From Azolla caroliniana (Eukaryota > Plantae > Polypodiophyta): a DNA stretch of 64,000 bases. The stretch lies in assembly GCA_043228905.1 (NCBI GenBank), contig JBHGNT010000017.1, forward strand, positions 3,782,001 through 3,846,000, in the 5' to 3' direction. Of the stretch, positions 1 to 14,100 are shown piece after piece. Each line of letters begins with the position of its first letter. The stretch's first letter is position 1. The position numbers were made by a program, and so were the translations under genes. Below the pieces are notes generated by a model that saw nothing but the letters and a program-made list of their open reading frames with translations, was not told where the DNA came from and did no database searches.

Positions 1-599
1 CCGAGTTTTTCTTCATGACCCAACTCACCATGCTATAGGCATAGTCATATAGTTAATTCACCCCAAGTTTCCTCTTGTAGGTGTTGATCAAGGACATTTG
101 GAAAAAAACATATCCTTGGAGTGGTTTGGCCTTCCCCATTACCACAAGTCTCAAAATAAAAAAAGGTGTTAGATTGTACAATAAACTACCGAAATACTTA
201 AAAACATTGTGGCAAGGCACCAAAAGGTTCCTACATTCTAATTAACTTAAAATAGTTGCAACTTTTGATTTGGTTAATTATAACAATACAACATATTGTA
301 ATAGATAGACTAAGCAAACATAATCTAATTGAAATGTGTGAGCCTATATATACCGACCATAATACAAGTCTAACGATCGAGTTGGAATTTGATTACAAAG
401 TGACCTCCATAAGCTAATGATGATGCTTAATCACATAATATGAGCTCATACATAATATTCATAATAATCTTTAACTAATTAGTTTTCATGAGAGAGAAAG
501 ACCAATTGGGTCGGCTTAGTTTAAACCCTCCAAATACTTTAGTATCTACTCGAGAAAATTAGGGCTTTGTTGAGTGTGGGTCATTTTGGAGTGTGATAA

Positions 600-2296
600 C
601 CCTTGTGCATTTGTGGTTTGTAATTGAATTCTAGAAGCCATGGTAACTAGACCATATGATGAAAACCAAAGAGAAGGTGTCTTTTATTCTAATTCTTAAT
701 AAGTTTTGCCTAACAATGTTTTTTAATTTTTGTGAGACCGACATGCTCATGATTGTATCCTTTTTTATGTGAGTATGATGTGTCTCTCTTTCATGTTTGT
801 GGAGCATCATACTATGAAGATTGTAATGTCCCAAGAAATTTCCCATTTCCCATTGACACCATGAATAAAACACATGTTTTGTACATCCAATCTCTCAAAA
901 TTAATGGATTGTCATTCGATTAATGCTAATCATACAATGAAGAGGGAATGTTCAAGGTAGTACCGACAAAAATCAGTTAGTGAGAACTTGTAGAACATTT
1001 GAACCTACCAGAAACGAAAACAAGGAAAGACTTGGTATCATAGTAATTTTAATTATAATATAACTAAAGTGGATGAACATGTTGAACCTTCAAGCACCAC
1101 TAACTTGTTGAATCTATCTTGTCATATTATTAACTTGAGCCCCTTTTCAAGCATATATATAAAGTTGGCATTTAATATTAAGATATTGTGTAAGCAAATA
1201 TTTTGATTATTAATACATCAACCTAGAATTTGAGGATCTAAGCTCGTGGCCAAACAAGATAGAGTGCTTGAACATTCCTTGATTTTTTGAGATGCTGACA
1301 GTTGGAATGTGTGTTAGTGTTAGTGTTGGTGATGTAGATGTTGTTATAGTGGCAATACATCAGTGTTGGCTTACTCGAGACTAAACAAAGAGGATTTCTT
1401 AAAGTGTTAAGTTGCATGGGAACAAATGGGAAAAATCCTTGTTGGCGATCAATAGTGTAATGTATGCCATGGTGGGCACTAGGTTCACGATTGTGTTTGC
1501 AACTAAAAGGAGAAAATAGATTCATGTTGAATCTTGACAAGAAATGACAGGAATCAATGAAAGGCATCACGTGGTACCTAAGTCATACAAGGAACCAAAG
1601 CATGAGCCTTGAAGTATGCGATGTGGCAATACTTGTTGTTTTGAACTTTGACCATGCCGATCACGTGGATTGTAGGAAGTCAACATAATGACAATTCTTT
1701 GAAATTGTGGGAGTGGTGTCGTGTAGGTCAACTCTCCAAGACCAGGTAATAGTATGGACAACTAAAGAGGAGTATATGGTGGGCAATGAAGCATGCAAGA
1801 AGATTTTGTCTTTCTCAACTAGTCGCTATCATGGGAGTCACTTGCCAAAGGCCAAGCCGCCACAATTAACACCACCATATGCATATGTAGAATTTTGGCC
1901 TTCAGTGTGAGGTTGTTGAATACAAGACACACTAGAAGGAAAAGCCAATTGAAAATGTTTCAAGGCAAATTATACATATGAAAAAAGTAGGGATTGGAGA
2001 GTGTTGATAATTTATTAGATAGATAGATTTTATGATCGTTTTTGGAGGCTTGTATAAATTTATAATCTATGAGATATGTGCAAGTGAATAACGACTCTTG
2101 ATGTTCAAGGAGAGAACTCTCATATATTTGTTGAAAGTAGTGTAAATAGTAGAAGCCACAATCTTCGCCCGTTGTTCATTAATTCCCTTGTTATTTTAGC
2201 TTTGTGGGCTTTGAGCATGTTGCAGATCATGCCATTATTCTTTCCCAAATCATGCACTAGGATTGTAATGAAAGAGAGTCGTCAATCCCAATAACA
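600..2296 (+). mobile_element. Highly degenerate Ty1/Copia relic (RT/RNase H remnants, PPT, probable 3' LTR)
   Basis: 'SVMYAMVGTR' near 1455 resembles the Copia RT motif GSLMYAMVCTRPD. ORF 1707-1910 'GVVSCRSTLQ...TTKEEYMVGNEACK' resembles Copia RNase H (GAVSW.S.LQ..VA.STTEAEY.A..EA.K). A purine tract at ~1981-2000 is followed by TGTTG. Boundaries are approximate. Confidence 0.6.
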
Positions 2297-5167
2297 TTTT
2301 TACAATGCCGAAGGGAAAACGTAGAAGTATTCTAGTGTTTTAAAAAACATGAGAGGGGTATATAGAAAAATCATTACAATGTCAAGGGTATACGATCTTT
2401 TGTCTCTGGAGCGTAAAAAGCGAAAATTCCTAGAAATACGATGTCAAGTTCTGGTTAATTTACTTGAAAATTGCATCCTTGAGCTGTTGTTTTATAATGC
2501 AAAACACGGTTTGTGCCTGCTTCCCATAAATCGAGCGTCTACTAAGATATCAGATACATAAGGATGGACCGGCTAACTGAATAATCACTTGCCCCTCACT
2601 TGCCCCTCACTTGCCCCCTTGCAATTCAGGTGAGGGCATTTGGGAAATAGAGAAACCGTGGGGGTATTTATAAAATAAGTAAAAATTGGAGGGCAATTTC
2701 TGATAATTACTTTTATCGCCCCCCCCCCCCCCCCTTCCCTCTGTAATTGTTGGAAACCAAACCCTACTATGTCTTTTGCTGTTGTTCGTCGTCGATCATG
2801 GCGATCCTCTTGAGCTCGTGACGACGCCCCGCAGAGACATTACATTTCTAGGTATTTCCTTTGTCCAGATTCTTTCTTGTGTGCTATTTTTCTCGCACTA
2901 TTCCATCGATGAAATGTGGATCTGTCTCTTATGATCCGAGTAGATTGCATTGTCAAATAATACTAAATCCTTATCATATTATGTCCAAAGAAATGATGTT
3001 TTTTGTTTCAGAAAGTCGTTTTTTTTGACATATTTGAGTTAACATGATCAAATGAATTCTTGTGTTATTTGACCTAATCTGATTGATTAATTTCTGGAAT
3101 ATTTGAGCAATATAAAGATATGAGTATTGGCTTATGTATTTGATTAATATGGATTTAGTTTTAAAGTGGATTAATATGGAATTCGCTCTAATCTGGATTA
3201 GATTAATAAGAGGCAGAATCGTTTTCCCACGATCCTTAAGATATCGTTGAAAATAACAATCAATCCTAAGGGGGCTGTAACTACATCTAACTCGCTTGAC
3301 AATTGGATAGTTGTTTGTAGTGATCGATCTAATGTAAAAGCAACCTATGACATTGGGCTTCCATAATGAACACACCTTAGTTGGAGGATATTTAAGGAGG
3401 GGAACTAAATCGGGTACCCACCCCTCATTTTGATCCATAAGAGATCACCACTCAGGTTCTTTATCTTAGCTGTTTTGTTGAGGGTGATGTTTGGTAGTAT
3501 GGGACAACGAGCCTTGTAGGCAAGGGCTGGCGTGTATGATTGGAATCTTATTGTAAAGGACAAAACAATTCCCGAGGTTTTGAACTCAGTAAGACATTTT
3601 TCCACATCGAGGAAGCTAGGATTCACTTAAACAAGGAAGTTGATGTTCTGTTGGATTCGAAGTGTGGCAACTTTCTTGGTATTTTTTACTGCTACCTTTC
3701 TGATGAAGATACAGATGATTTGGTCTTGATTGTTTTGCAGATTCCCACATCTTATGCACATGGTTGCCACTTGGTCTGCAACTATTTCGTAAACTAAAAC
3801 AATGTTAAACACGATACAATAACGTAGAGCTCAAGCAAAAACCAAAACTATAAGACTATTTAAGCTATTAAAACTCACAGATAGAGCTTCCAAGATACTC
3901 TTGATTGAGGGCATTGGAGAAGAGAACAAAGCATCCACAAGATCCGTAAATTTCAGCCCTCCATTAGCGTTAAAGCTATGTTTCGAGTTCTACATTCAAA
4001 GAGGTTTGCTTGAATAATGCAAGTCTTGCTCATGCTTCTAACTGTCACCTCATCAAAACTTTCTGTTTAGCCAACTCACTTATCCACTTATAATTTTTAA
4101 GGGATTTTATGTAGGATCTAATTTCAAATTGACCTTATATGGCCCGACTTTATGGTTAGATGCACACAATCCTGCACATATTGGAAACCTATGTTAACTA
4201 GTTTGATCACATGCCAATCCAAATATTTGCAGGCCTTACCTCTTGTCTGGGGATCACTTGATCTAGGTGGTTTGACACTGGCAGTGCGATGTTGGTGTTT
4301 CACTCAATTTTAAAAGCTCTAGAAGAGGTAATAAAAACAGAAGTTATTTAAATAGTATCACAAAAGAAAACGAATATATCCCCTCTGGTGACATCTGCAT
4401 AATATGCCCCATGTTTCCGAGCTTCTAGAGGAGATTGCTATACTATGTACAAATATGACTAACATTAGAGGCCAACTTTCCAGAAACTATAGATGAGGAG
4501 ATCGTGAACTATTGAACAATTGCAGCAAGATGTCCACAAAGCCATTATTTGCCAATGAGGTGCATACATTACCACACATCCTCTTTTACAGTCCCATATT
4601 ACTTTGAGAAGTTTTTCATTGTTCGTAGCTTATTCTGTACTTTCAAGTCTTTCTGTTGTATGGATGAGATATCACATAAAATCATGTGGGGACTCTTTGG
4701 GTCCCATAGGCTGCCGCAAATTCAAAGATGGTAATATGACATTTCTTTCTTTTGCTGTATTTGTCATCCTTTCTCTAACGTCTCACAATAGTGACAATTA
4801 TAGATTTTTGAACGAGATAAAAAATAGTTTAGTCATGAGAAATTGACATTCAAGAGAGAACGTTCCATAAAATATGAACTACATACTGTGAAGATCATAA
4901 TAATGAACATTCCCGCATAAGAGAATCGGTCTCCTTGGGTTCGTTGCTTGCCATTGTAAATTTCTTATGTATGATTAGCCATTCTTAAAACACAATATGA
5001 TCATAATGAAAGCAGTAGGGTTTCTGATTCCTACAAGGTTTCTGGATCCAATAATAATTTTTGTTTCAAAATCTTTCTTACTTTCTCTTATGAGGCTGTT
5101 TGTATTTTGGTCACAAGCAAATGACTTACAGTCGCATTGCTCAAAGGAAGCAACAATAGGAGAATCT

Positions 5168-8100
5168 ATGAATTTCCAGGTGGTAGTGTTGGTGGATGGA
5201 GCATCAAAACAACTCTTTCCTCTTGTTTCAAAGGTTCAACTCCTAGATGCCCAAATATTCAATTTCTGTCAGATCCTGCTGAAGTTCTTATTGACAGCGA
5301 TTGTTTTGTGTAGGATGTTCCAAAAGCTTTGCTTCCAGTTGGGAATCGTCCTTCACTCTCCTACGTCTTGGAGCTTCTTGAATCTAGTAATCTCAAGGAC
5401 ATCATTGTAGTGAGTATTGTTTTTGTTAATAATGAGCTGTTCTTATGCTATTATGAGGTGTTTCATAGGTTCATCACCTCTCAAAATTCTAGATCATTTA
5501 GATGTATTTTTTGGTGCAAATTTTATAGAAGACTATTCTACACTGTAACATTTCTCTTGCATATGTATACGTGCAAATATACATGGTATCCATTTGTTGC
5601 TTCTCTTTTTATCTCATGTCTCTCGACCACAAAGGGGTTAATAGATATATTGTCAGCTGGTCTAGCTATTGACTAATAAATAGATAAAAGCTGTCTTAGG
5701 CTACAAAGGTTATGCTATGGGTTTTCATCCTTTATGCTATTTGTTCACATTTTTTGGACAGCGTGAATGCATGCAAGCTTATTGGCGTTGTTTTAACTAA
5801 TAGGACGATTTGAACCTGTTCCTTTAGGTTTCTTTACTATCGTCAATGTAATCCAGATCATGCTCAAGAACATCTGTCTTTAAAGCTAACAAACCTTGTT
5901 CTTTCTCAACCTAAACAATTGCTGTGTCAATGGGTGGCATACTTCTTTGGCAACACATTCATATGAATAACAGTAAATGATCTTTGCTTGCTCAAAACAA
6001 GTAGGTGGTGATGGAGGTATATGAGATTTTGCATCATTTGTGAACTTCAATTAGATTATTGGATGATTTGATATAAAAACCATGACATAACACGTCACTG
6101 ATATTATAAACCTCCACACATTTTTTAGCTCATAATTGTTTAAGATGTTTTTATTTGGTACATTAAACAAACTGATAGGTCTCCGTGTAGATTGAATCTA
6201 TTCTCATTTTGGGATTCTAAGGCGAGAGAGCATAGAAATCGTAAAACTTGTCAATGAGGGACAAATGTGAGGAATAGACTATAAGCTTGGTCGTTACTAT
6301 TACGAACACATCAATATGCAATACTAATACATGTGAATGCTATTGCTAACACATCAATATGCAATATTTGGAGTGCTAATGTAGTCTACATGAGTTCCAT
6401 ACGTCATGCTATACATGATGGCTAGAATTTTGCCAGTAGGTCTTCTAAATTAGTGTATCCTTGGAAAAAACTCACTTAAGCCTCATGTGCGCTCATAAGA
6501 TAAGACATTCTAAATGTCATGCACATTTGTCTCTATTTTGTTTAATTGTTTGAACATCACTCGATGGTAAAATTTATCTCTTGACATATCCCCAATTCTC
6601 ATATAGGAATGGAGCGAATGATGTCTCATATCCTTGCCTATGGACTTCGCATGGAGCATTTAAAACTAACTGAAAACACTAACGTTGTAGCACAGATCAG
6701 GTCTTATGTAGGTAAGATGAATGAGAGACCCAATCAGCATCTTGCCCTCTACACTATCTTCAAATATGGGAGAATATTTTTCATGAGAAAGTTTGGATTG
6801 TAGATGATGCATGGCAATGATAGAAGGGGCTTGCAACCAGTCATGCCATAGATTTCAAGAAGTTGTTGAAGATATCTATGCTGGCCGAGAAATATTCCTC
6901 TATGATGTTGATAGAGTTCCATGCCCAAGAAGTAATGCAGAAGTCCTAAATCTGTTGTTTATAATGTCGCTGGCTGATAAATATTCCTCCATGATGTTGA
7001 TAGAGTTCCATGCCCAAGAATTAATGCAGAAGTCCTAAATCTGTCGTTTAAAATGTCGCTTTCAAATAATTGCGAAGATGCAATGTCAGGATCACGAGAG
7101 ATAGATAGATAGATAGAGAGTATAAATAGAATGAAAATATATTATAAAGAAGGAAGAGTACAAAGATAGAAAGTATCTTCGAGGCTTAAGACTGGTGTTG
7201 AACCGAATTCGTTTGAGTAATACAATAAACCTCTATTTATAGGGCCTTCAGGAGTATTCATGAATTTTCTAGAATGTTCTAGAGTATCCTAGAATATTCA
7301 TGAATTTTCTATATTATTCTGGAAAGTTCTAGGACCTAGCTGAAATAATTAATGACAATTATATAATATGTATTATAATAAGTATCCCAATGGTAAGGTT
7401 TTGATGTGTATTGTAATGTCAAAGGTTCAAATCCTTTTGGGACAATATTCATAACACATCTCCCTCTTCAAACGATGAGTATTACGAGTTGTCCTTGCTT
7501 GAGGACCTGGTTTGGGTACTGTAGATGAAATTCCTCGATAAGGCTTGAGCATTTGCAACATTCCCTGCCGGTTTCCAAGTGTAGTCGCTTGGGATATAGC
7601 CTAGCCAATCCACCAAATAATATAGCTTGTTGCGAATAATCTTAGAATCAAGAATAGCAACAACCTTGTACTTTGGTCCATCCTCAAGTTCAATAGGAGG
7701 TGGAGGTGGTATGTTACGATTTGGAATAGAACTTACCCGACATGGTTCTATGAGAGAACTATGAAATATTGGATGTAGCCGTACTTGTGGGGGATGATTA
7801 AGATGAAAGGTTACATCATTGATTTTTGCATTAATGACAAAAGGGCCTAAATGTTAGTAATCCAATTTGGTACATGGTCTAGTAGTCTTTATATAATGTT
7901 GTAATAACCATACTCGATCCCCAATTTGAAAAGTGTATGGAAGCTGATGTCGATCAACATTGGATTTGTGTGCTACTTGAGCTTCTTGTAGACAAGTGGA
8001 AAGTTCCGCCTGAATCTGTCGTAGTTGATCTAAATGATCCTAAGCACTAGGATTTGTCGGTAATTTGGGAGCTTGAAATAAACACCATTGAGGATCATAA

Positions 8101-11100
8101 CTTGTGTATGCATAGAATGGTGTAACCGTAGTAGAGAAATGTACAGAATTATTATATGCAAATTCTGCAAAATGTAATATGTTGGCTAATTATCTTGTTG
8201 ATAACTGATGAAGCATCGAAGATATTACTCTAATGTTTGATTTGTACACTTTGTTTGGCCATTAGTTTGTGGATGATAACTTGAGCTAACTTGAGGATAG
8301 TTTGCAGGAGACTTTGAGCATTGTGAAGAGATGCTTCCAAAATTTAGATATAAATTGTGGTTCACAATCATTGATGATGTTGTTTGGGAGACTATGGTGA
8401 CGAAATACTTCATGTATGATTAGATTTGTTGTTTCCTCACTAGTGATATCTTTAGTGTACGGATTGAAATCTGCCATTTTTGTATATCGATCAACTATTG
8501 TTAATATAGCGTTGAACCGTGTAGAATGTGAAAGATTTGTAATAAAATATAAAGACAAATTGCCATGCCTTCCTCGAAATCAGTAATGGCTGTAATAAAC
8601 CACAAGGATGATGTTGATGCGTCTTTGTTCAACATATGTCACATGTGTGAACATAATCTTCGATAAATTTACGTAGATGAGGCCACCAGAATGATCGTGT
8701 CAACAAATCCAAGGTCTTATTGACACCAAAATGCCCAACCATATACATATCATGGTAATGTTGCATGACTTGGAGGTGGGATGACCCATTAGGAACATAA
8801 AGAAGATTCTTGTAGAAAAGTAATCCATTATGCCACTTGAATTGCATATAATCCGTATATGAATGTTGTGACTAATAGCAAGATGTACGATTCGGATCAA
8901 TATGATCTAAAATGTCTTGAGCAAGGACATTTGTCTTGAGACATGATGAATAATATTAATAATGCTTGAATCTAGTGGAGTATCAAAGTCTGTGGCTGCT
9001 TCAAGCCGTCCAAGACCTAGAATTACCTGTTTTTGATTATGGACGACCAGATCACGAGGATAAGGGGCTAAATACGAACGCCGTGATAATGCACATGCTT
9101 TTCCTTGTTTTCTTGGACGAAAAGTAATCTTAGAATAAAAAAGAGTAAGGAATTGTGCCCATTTAGCCCGTCTTCTGGTTAATACTCGAGCACTCAGAAT
9201 ATATGTGACGTTTATGTGATCACTAAGTACAATTATTTGATGAGGAGAGCCTTCCAAGAAATGTTCCCATTGTTCAAAGGAATCAACTATAGCTAAGAGC
9301 TCCTTATCATGTACCTCATAGTTGATCTCAGAAATATCAAAGTTGCATGAATGGAAAGCCATTGGGTGTAGCTTCCCATCATCACATTGTTGTGGCATAA
9401 TGCTACCAAGTGCAAAATCTGATGCATATGCTTCAATTATAAATGGTTTTTATGGATCAATATGAGCTAGAATAGGGGTGGATGTAAAGGCCTCCGTAAG
9501 ATCTAGAAAAGCCTTATCTGCATTAATAGTCCAAACAAATGATTGCTTTTTCCTTGTGTGAGAGGCAAAATAAGAACACCTTTTGTACTTGAGTTGGATC
9601 CATAGAGAGTCCTTTAGAAGAGATGATATACCCCAATAATTCTACTTGTTTGCAGTCAAAACCACACTTCTCCAATTTTGCATAAAGGCCATATTCTTGA
9701 AGTCGTTTCAATAGATCATCCAAGTAGATGACTAGAAAGGTGTCCAAGAGATCTCGAAAAATGTCATTAACCATGCGTTGAAAAATTGTTGGTGCATTTG
9801 TGAGACCAAACAACATGATTGTATACTCAAAATGAATGTATCGAGTTCAGAAAGCTGTCTTCCACTCATCTCTCGGGTGAACTTGTCACAGGTTATATGC
9901 ACCTCATAAATCAATCTTTGTAAAATATTTTGCCCCACTAATCCTTTTAAGAGACTAGAGATCAAGGGGTGTGCATACCTATTCCTGGCGATAACTTTAT
10001 TCAAACCCCGGTGGTCCCCTACTAGACAAAGCAAACCGTCTTTTTTTCTTCACAAAGGAAATGGGTGCACTAGTTAGAGATTTTGAATGTTGAATGAATC
10101 CGTTACTCAAGCTCGGTTGGTGACAAATTGTAGATTGATCCCCATGATAGTTCCGTTCCATAAATAATGGAATTGCAGCATAGTCATCATATGAAATTCT
10201 GAATCTAGAAAGTTGGTTCCATCTATAATAGGCTCTTTGGGAAGTTGAGGAATTATTGAAGATATAATCGTGGCATTGGAGGCCATGGAATCCTTGTGAA
10301 GCGGAAAATGGATTTTTGTCACTAGGTGCACAAGGGGCTGCCGACTCTCTGAATGACATTTTAACTGGGACTCTATATTGTTGTTTGGAGAGCTTTCTCA
10401 ATTGGGTTGGGATGGAAATAGAAAAAAAGAAACAGATTGTTGGCTGCTCAAAGAAAACTGATTTGAATGGGAGAAAAAAATATGAGTGGAGGTTATGGAG
10501 ATCTCACAATTCTGATACCATGTGATAAAACTGTTTTGAATTGTAGTAAGGTGCCAAAGAATCTAAATGTAAACAATAACTGATTTGGATGGGAGAAAAA
10601 AATATGAGTGGAGGTTATGGAGATCTCACAATTCTGATACCATGTGATAAAACTGTTTTGAACTGTAGTAAGGTGTCAAAGAATCTAAATGTAAACAATA
10701 ACTGATTTGGATGGGAAGAAAAAATATGAGTGGAGGTTATAGAGATCTCACAATTCTGATACCATGTGATAAAACTGTTTTGAACTGTAGTAAGGTGCCA
10801 AAGAATCTAAGTGTAAACAATAACTATTTCTTAGTGAGCCTCAAGGTCTTTAAATACAAAAAATGAGAGTGTAAACAATAACTATTTCTTAGTGAGCCTC
10901 AATGCCTTTAAATACAAAAAATGAGAGTGGGTTCGTAGCAGATGGGTCAATGGAAGAGGCTAAAATATGCCCTTTTAGAGAGAGAAGAACGTGTAGACAG
11001 ATAGTGTAGAAGGGAGAGATTATATCTGGGTCTGTCATCCTCCAAGTTTTGGCACCTTAAAATTGATGCATCATTATCGTCTCTTCTTTAACATCTTTTT

Positions 11101-14100
11101 GGTTATATATTGTAGAAACCATTGATTAGGATAGAGCTGGCTTGATTTTCAAGAATATTATCTTTGATGTAGAGAAGGTACATAAAACCTGGTGGTATAT
11201 ACTCTAGGTTGTTATAACAATTGGAAATTGTGTGTAGCTTCAGTCTTAGTAGCTGTAATCTACAAGACATTTCTGTTTCTGTTCCAGGTAATAGCAGGCA
11301 CAGAAGATGCAGTTTGTATTGGTGGGTGGATTTCTGGAGCCTATGAGGATCGACTGCGTGTAGAGGTGCAAACTCTTCGACATGAATAGGGAAATTGATA
11401 TGGATTATGATGAATAATTTTGAAGGGCTTATTTAATTGTCTTATTGAAGGTTGCATCTGTTGCTGATGATGCTGGCACAGCAGATGCATTGAGAGCAGT
11501 TGGCCACCGTCTTACAGCAGATAACATTTTGGTATATGGGTATAACTTGTGCAGGACACACTGCTGAGCTGTATAACACTGGATTATTCAAGTTCTGAGT
11601 TTTGATGTCTTCTTTTGTATGTGCAGATTGTAAGTGGGGATCTCATTTGTGATGTTCCTCTTGGTGCGGTGGCTGCGACACATTGCAGGAAAAAAGCAGC
11701 AATGACAGCACTTCTATGTTCTCGTTCAGCAGCTAGTGTTTCTGATGGAAGTACAACAAGTGGCAAAGAGAAGGCTAAACAGCAAATTCCTAGTGATATA
11801 ATCGGTCTTGATCCTTCCTGCGAACTTCTGACATTCCTTGCTTCAGGTATGCACCTATTTATGATTTTGATTATATGAGAAAAGTTCCAAATGTCGCTAT
11901 TTTCTTTGCCTATGAAGGCTTTAAGTTGAACATGGAAACAACAGACTAACAATAGTTCTTGGGTCACATTGGTAGTGAATTACCTGAAAAGTTAAGTTGA
12001 TATACCCATAAATCAGTGTTTTATGTGTTAGGTAGTCCAGAGTCATTAACCTGAACATATTGAAACATCAGTTCCATATGCTGCATATGGAGTTGATGTA
12101 TCAATATGTTGAAGTTAATGTGTTGATATGCAATCATCCAATATACAAACTTCAGGTTACACATACAATTTTGAAGCACCTCATGCATTGATCTGACTAT
12201 GTACATGGAGAATGCATGAGCTTCATCTAGAAATCTATGGACGTGCCACTTTTGTCCAAGGATGATATCTGTAACATGGCTGCTGTTGAATCATTATGCC
12301 CTGAAGCATTGTCTATCTAGGGGCAATGCTTTTGCAAGTCTATTTTCAATACCTGACAGTATCCTGAACTATTAATTCAACATGCAAATTGCAAGGTGTA
12401 ATTTGTGCATAATGTAAACCCCCTCAACGTCAGAGAGGCTGAGAGGTTAAGAATCCCTTTATATGATAGATTGAGTAGATGGGTTTAAAGAAGGAAATAA
12501 TTGTTGTTGATTTGTTATATTAGGTCAGAAATTATATTNNNNNNNNNNNNNNNNNNNNNNNNNNNNNNNNNNNNNNNNNNNNNNNNNNNNNNNNNNNNNN
12601 NNNNNNNNNNNNNNNNNNNNNNNNNNNNNNNNNNNNNNACGTCACTGATATTATAAACCTCCACACATTTTTTAGCTCATAATTGTTTAAGATGTTTTTA
12701 TTTGGTACATTAAACAAACTGATAGGTCTCCGTGTAGATTGAATCTATTCTCATTTTGGGATTCTAAGGCGAGAGAGCATAGAAATCGTAAAACTTGTCA
12801 ATGAGGGACAAATGTGAGGAATAGACTATAAGCTTGGTCGTTACTATTACGAACACATCAATATGCAATACTAATACATGTGAATGCTATTGCTAACACA
12901 TCAATATGCAATATTTGGAGTGCTAATGTAGTCTACATGAGTTCCATACGTCATGCTATACATGATGGCTAGAATTTTGCCAGTAGGTCTTCTAAATTAG
13001 TGTATCCTTGGAAAAAACTCACTTAAGCCTCATGTGCGCTCATAAGATAAGACATTCTAAATGTCATGCACATTTGTCTCTATTTTGTTTAATTGTTTGA
13101 ACATCACTCGATGGTAAAATTTATCTCTTGACATATCCCCAATTCTCATATAGGAATGGAGCGAATGATGTCTCATATCCTTGCCTATGGACTTCGCATG
13201 GAGCATTTAAAACTAACTGAAAACACTAACGTTGTAGCACAGATCAGGTCTTATGTAGGTAAGATGAATGAGAGACCCAATCAGCATCTTGCCCTCTACA
13301 CTATCTTCAAATATGGGAGAATATTTTTCATGAGAAAGTTTGGATTGTAGATGATGCATGGCAATGATAGAAGGGGCTTGCAACCAGTCATGCCATAGAT
13401 TTCAAGAAGTTGTTGAAGATATCTATGCTGGCCGAGAAATATTCCTCTATGATGTTGATAGAGTTCCATGCCCAAGAAGTAATGCAGAAGTCCTAAATCT
13501 GTTGTTTATAATGTCGCTGGCTGATAAATATTCCTCCATGATGTTGATAGAGTTCCATGCCCAAGAATTAATGCAGAAGTCCTAAATCTGTCGTTTAAAA
13601 TGTCGCTTTCAAATAATTGCGAAGATGCAATGTCAGGATCACGAGAGATAGATAGATAGATAGAGAGTATAAATAGAATGAAAATATATTATAAAGAAGG
13701 AAGAGTACAAAGATAGAAAGTATCTTCGAGGCTTAAGACTGGTGTTGAACCGAATTCGTTTGAGTAATACAATAAACCTCTATTTATAGGGCCTTCAGGA
13801 GTATTCATGAATTTTCTAGAATGTTCTAGAGTATCCTAGAATATTCATGAATTTTCTATATTATTCTGGAAAGTTCTAGGACCTAGCTGAAATAATTAAT
13901 GACAATTATATAATATGTATTATAATAAGTATCCCAATGGTAAGGTTTTGATGTGTATTGTAATGTCAAAGGTTCAAATCCTTTTGGGACAATATTCATA
14001 ACACATCTCCCTCTTCAAACGATGAGTATTACGAGTTGTCCTTGCTTGAGGACCTGGTTTGGGTACTGTAGATGAAATTCCTCGATAAGGCTTGAGCATT

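Larger units (their letters stand above)
6092..12538. repeat. Copy 1 of an apparently identical 6,447-bp direct duplication (part of intron 2 through part of intron 5)
   Basis: Repeated at 12639-19085 (offset 6547). The ORF track is identical in both copies. Confidence 0.95.

Noticed and set aside
2586-2860. 11-bp x3 repeat, poly-C run and a possible 5'-UTR exon with donor at 2852
   Set aside because: A plausible promoter or UTR of the eIF2B-gamma gene, but not supportable without transcripts.
2974-4900. Short AT-rich ORFs upstream of the gene
   Set aside because: No recognisable domains. Likely UTR intron or decayed repeats.
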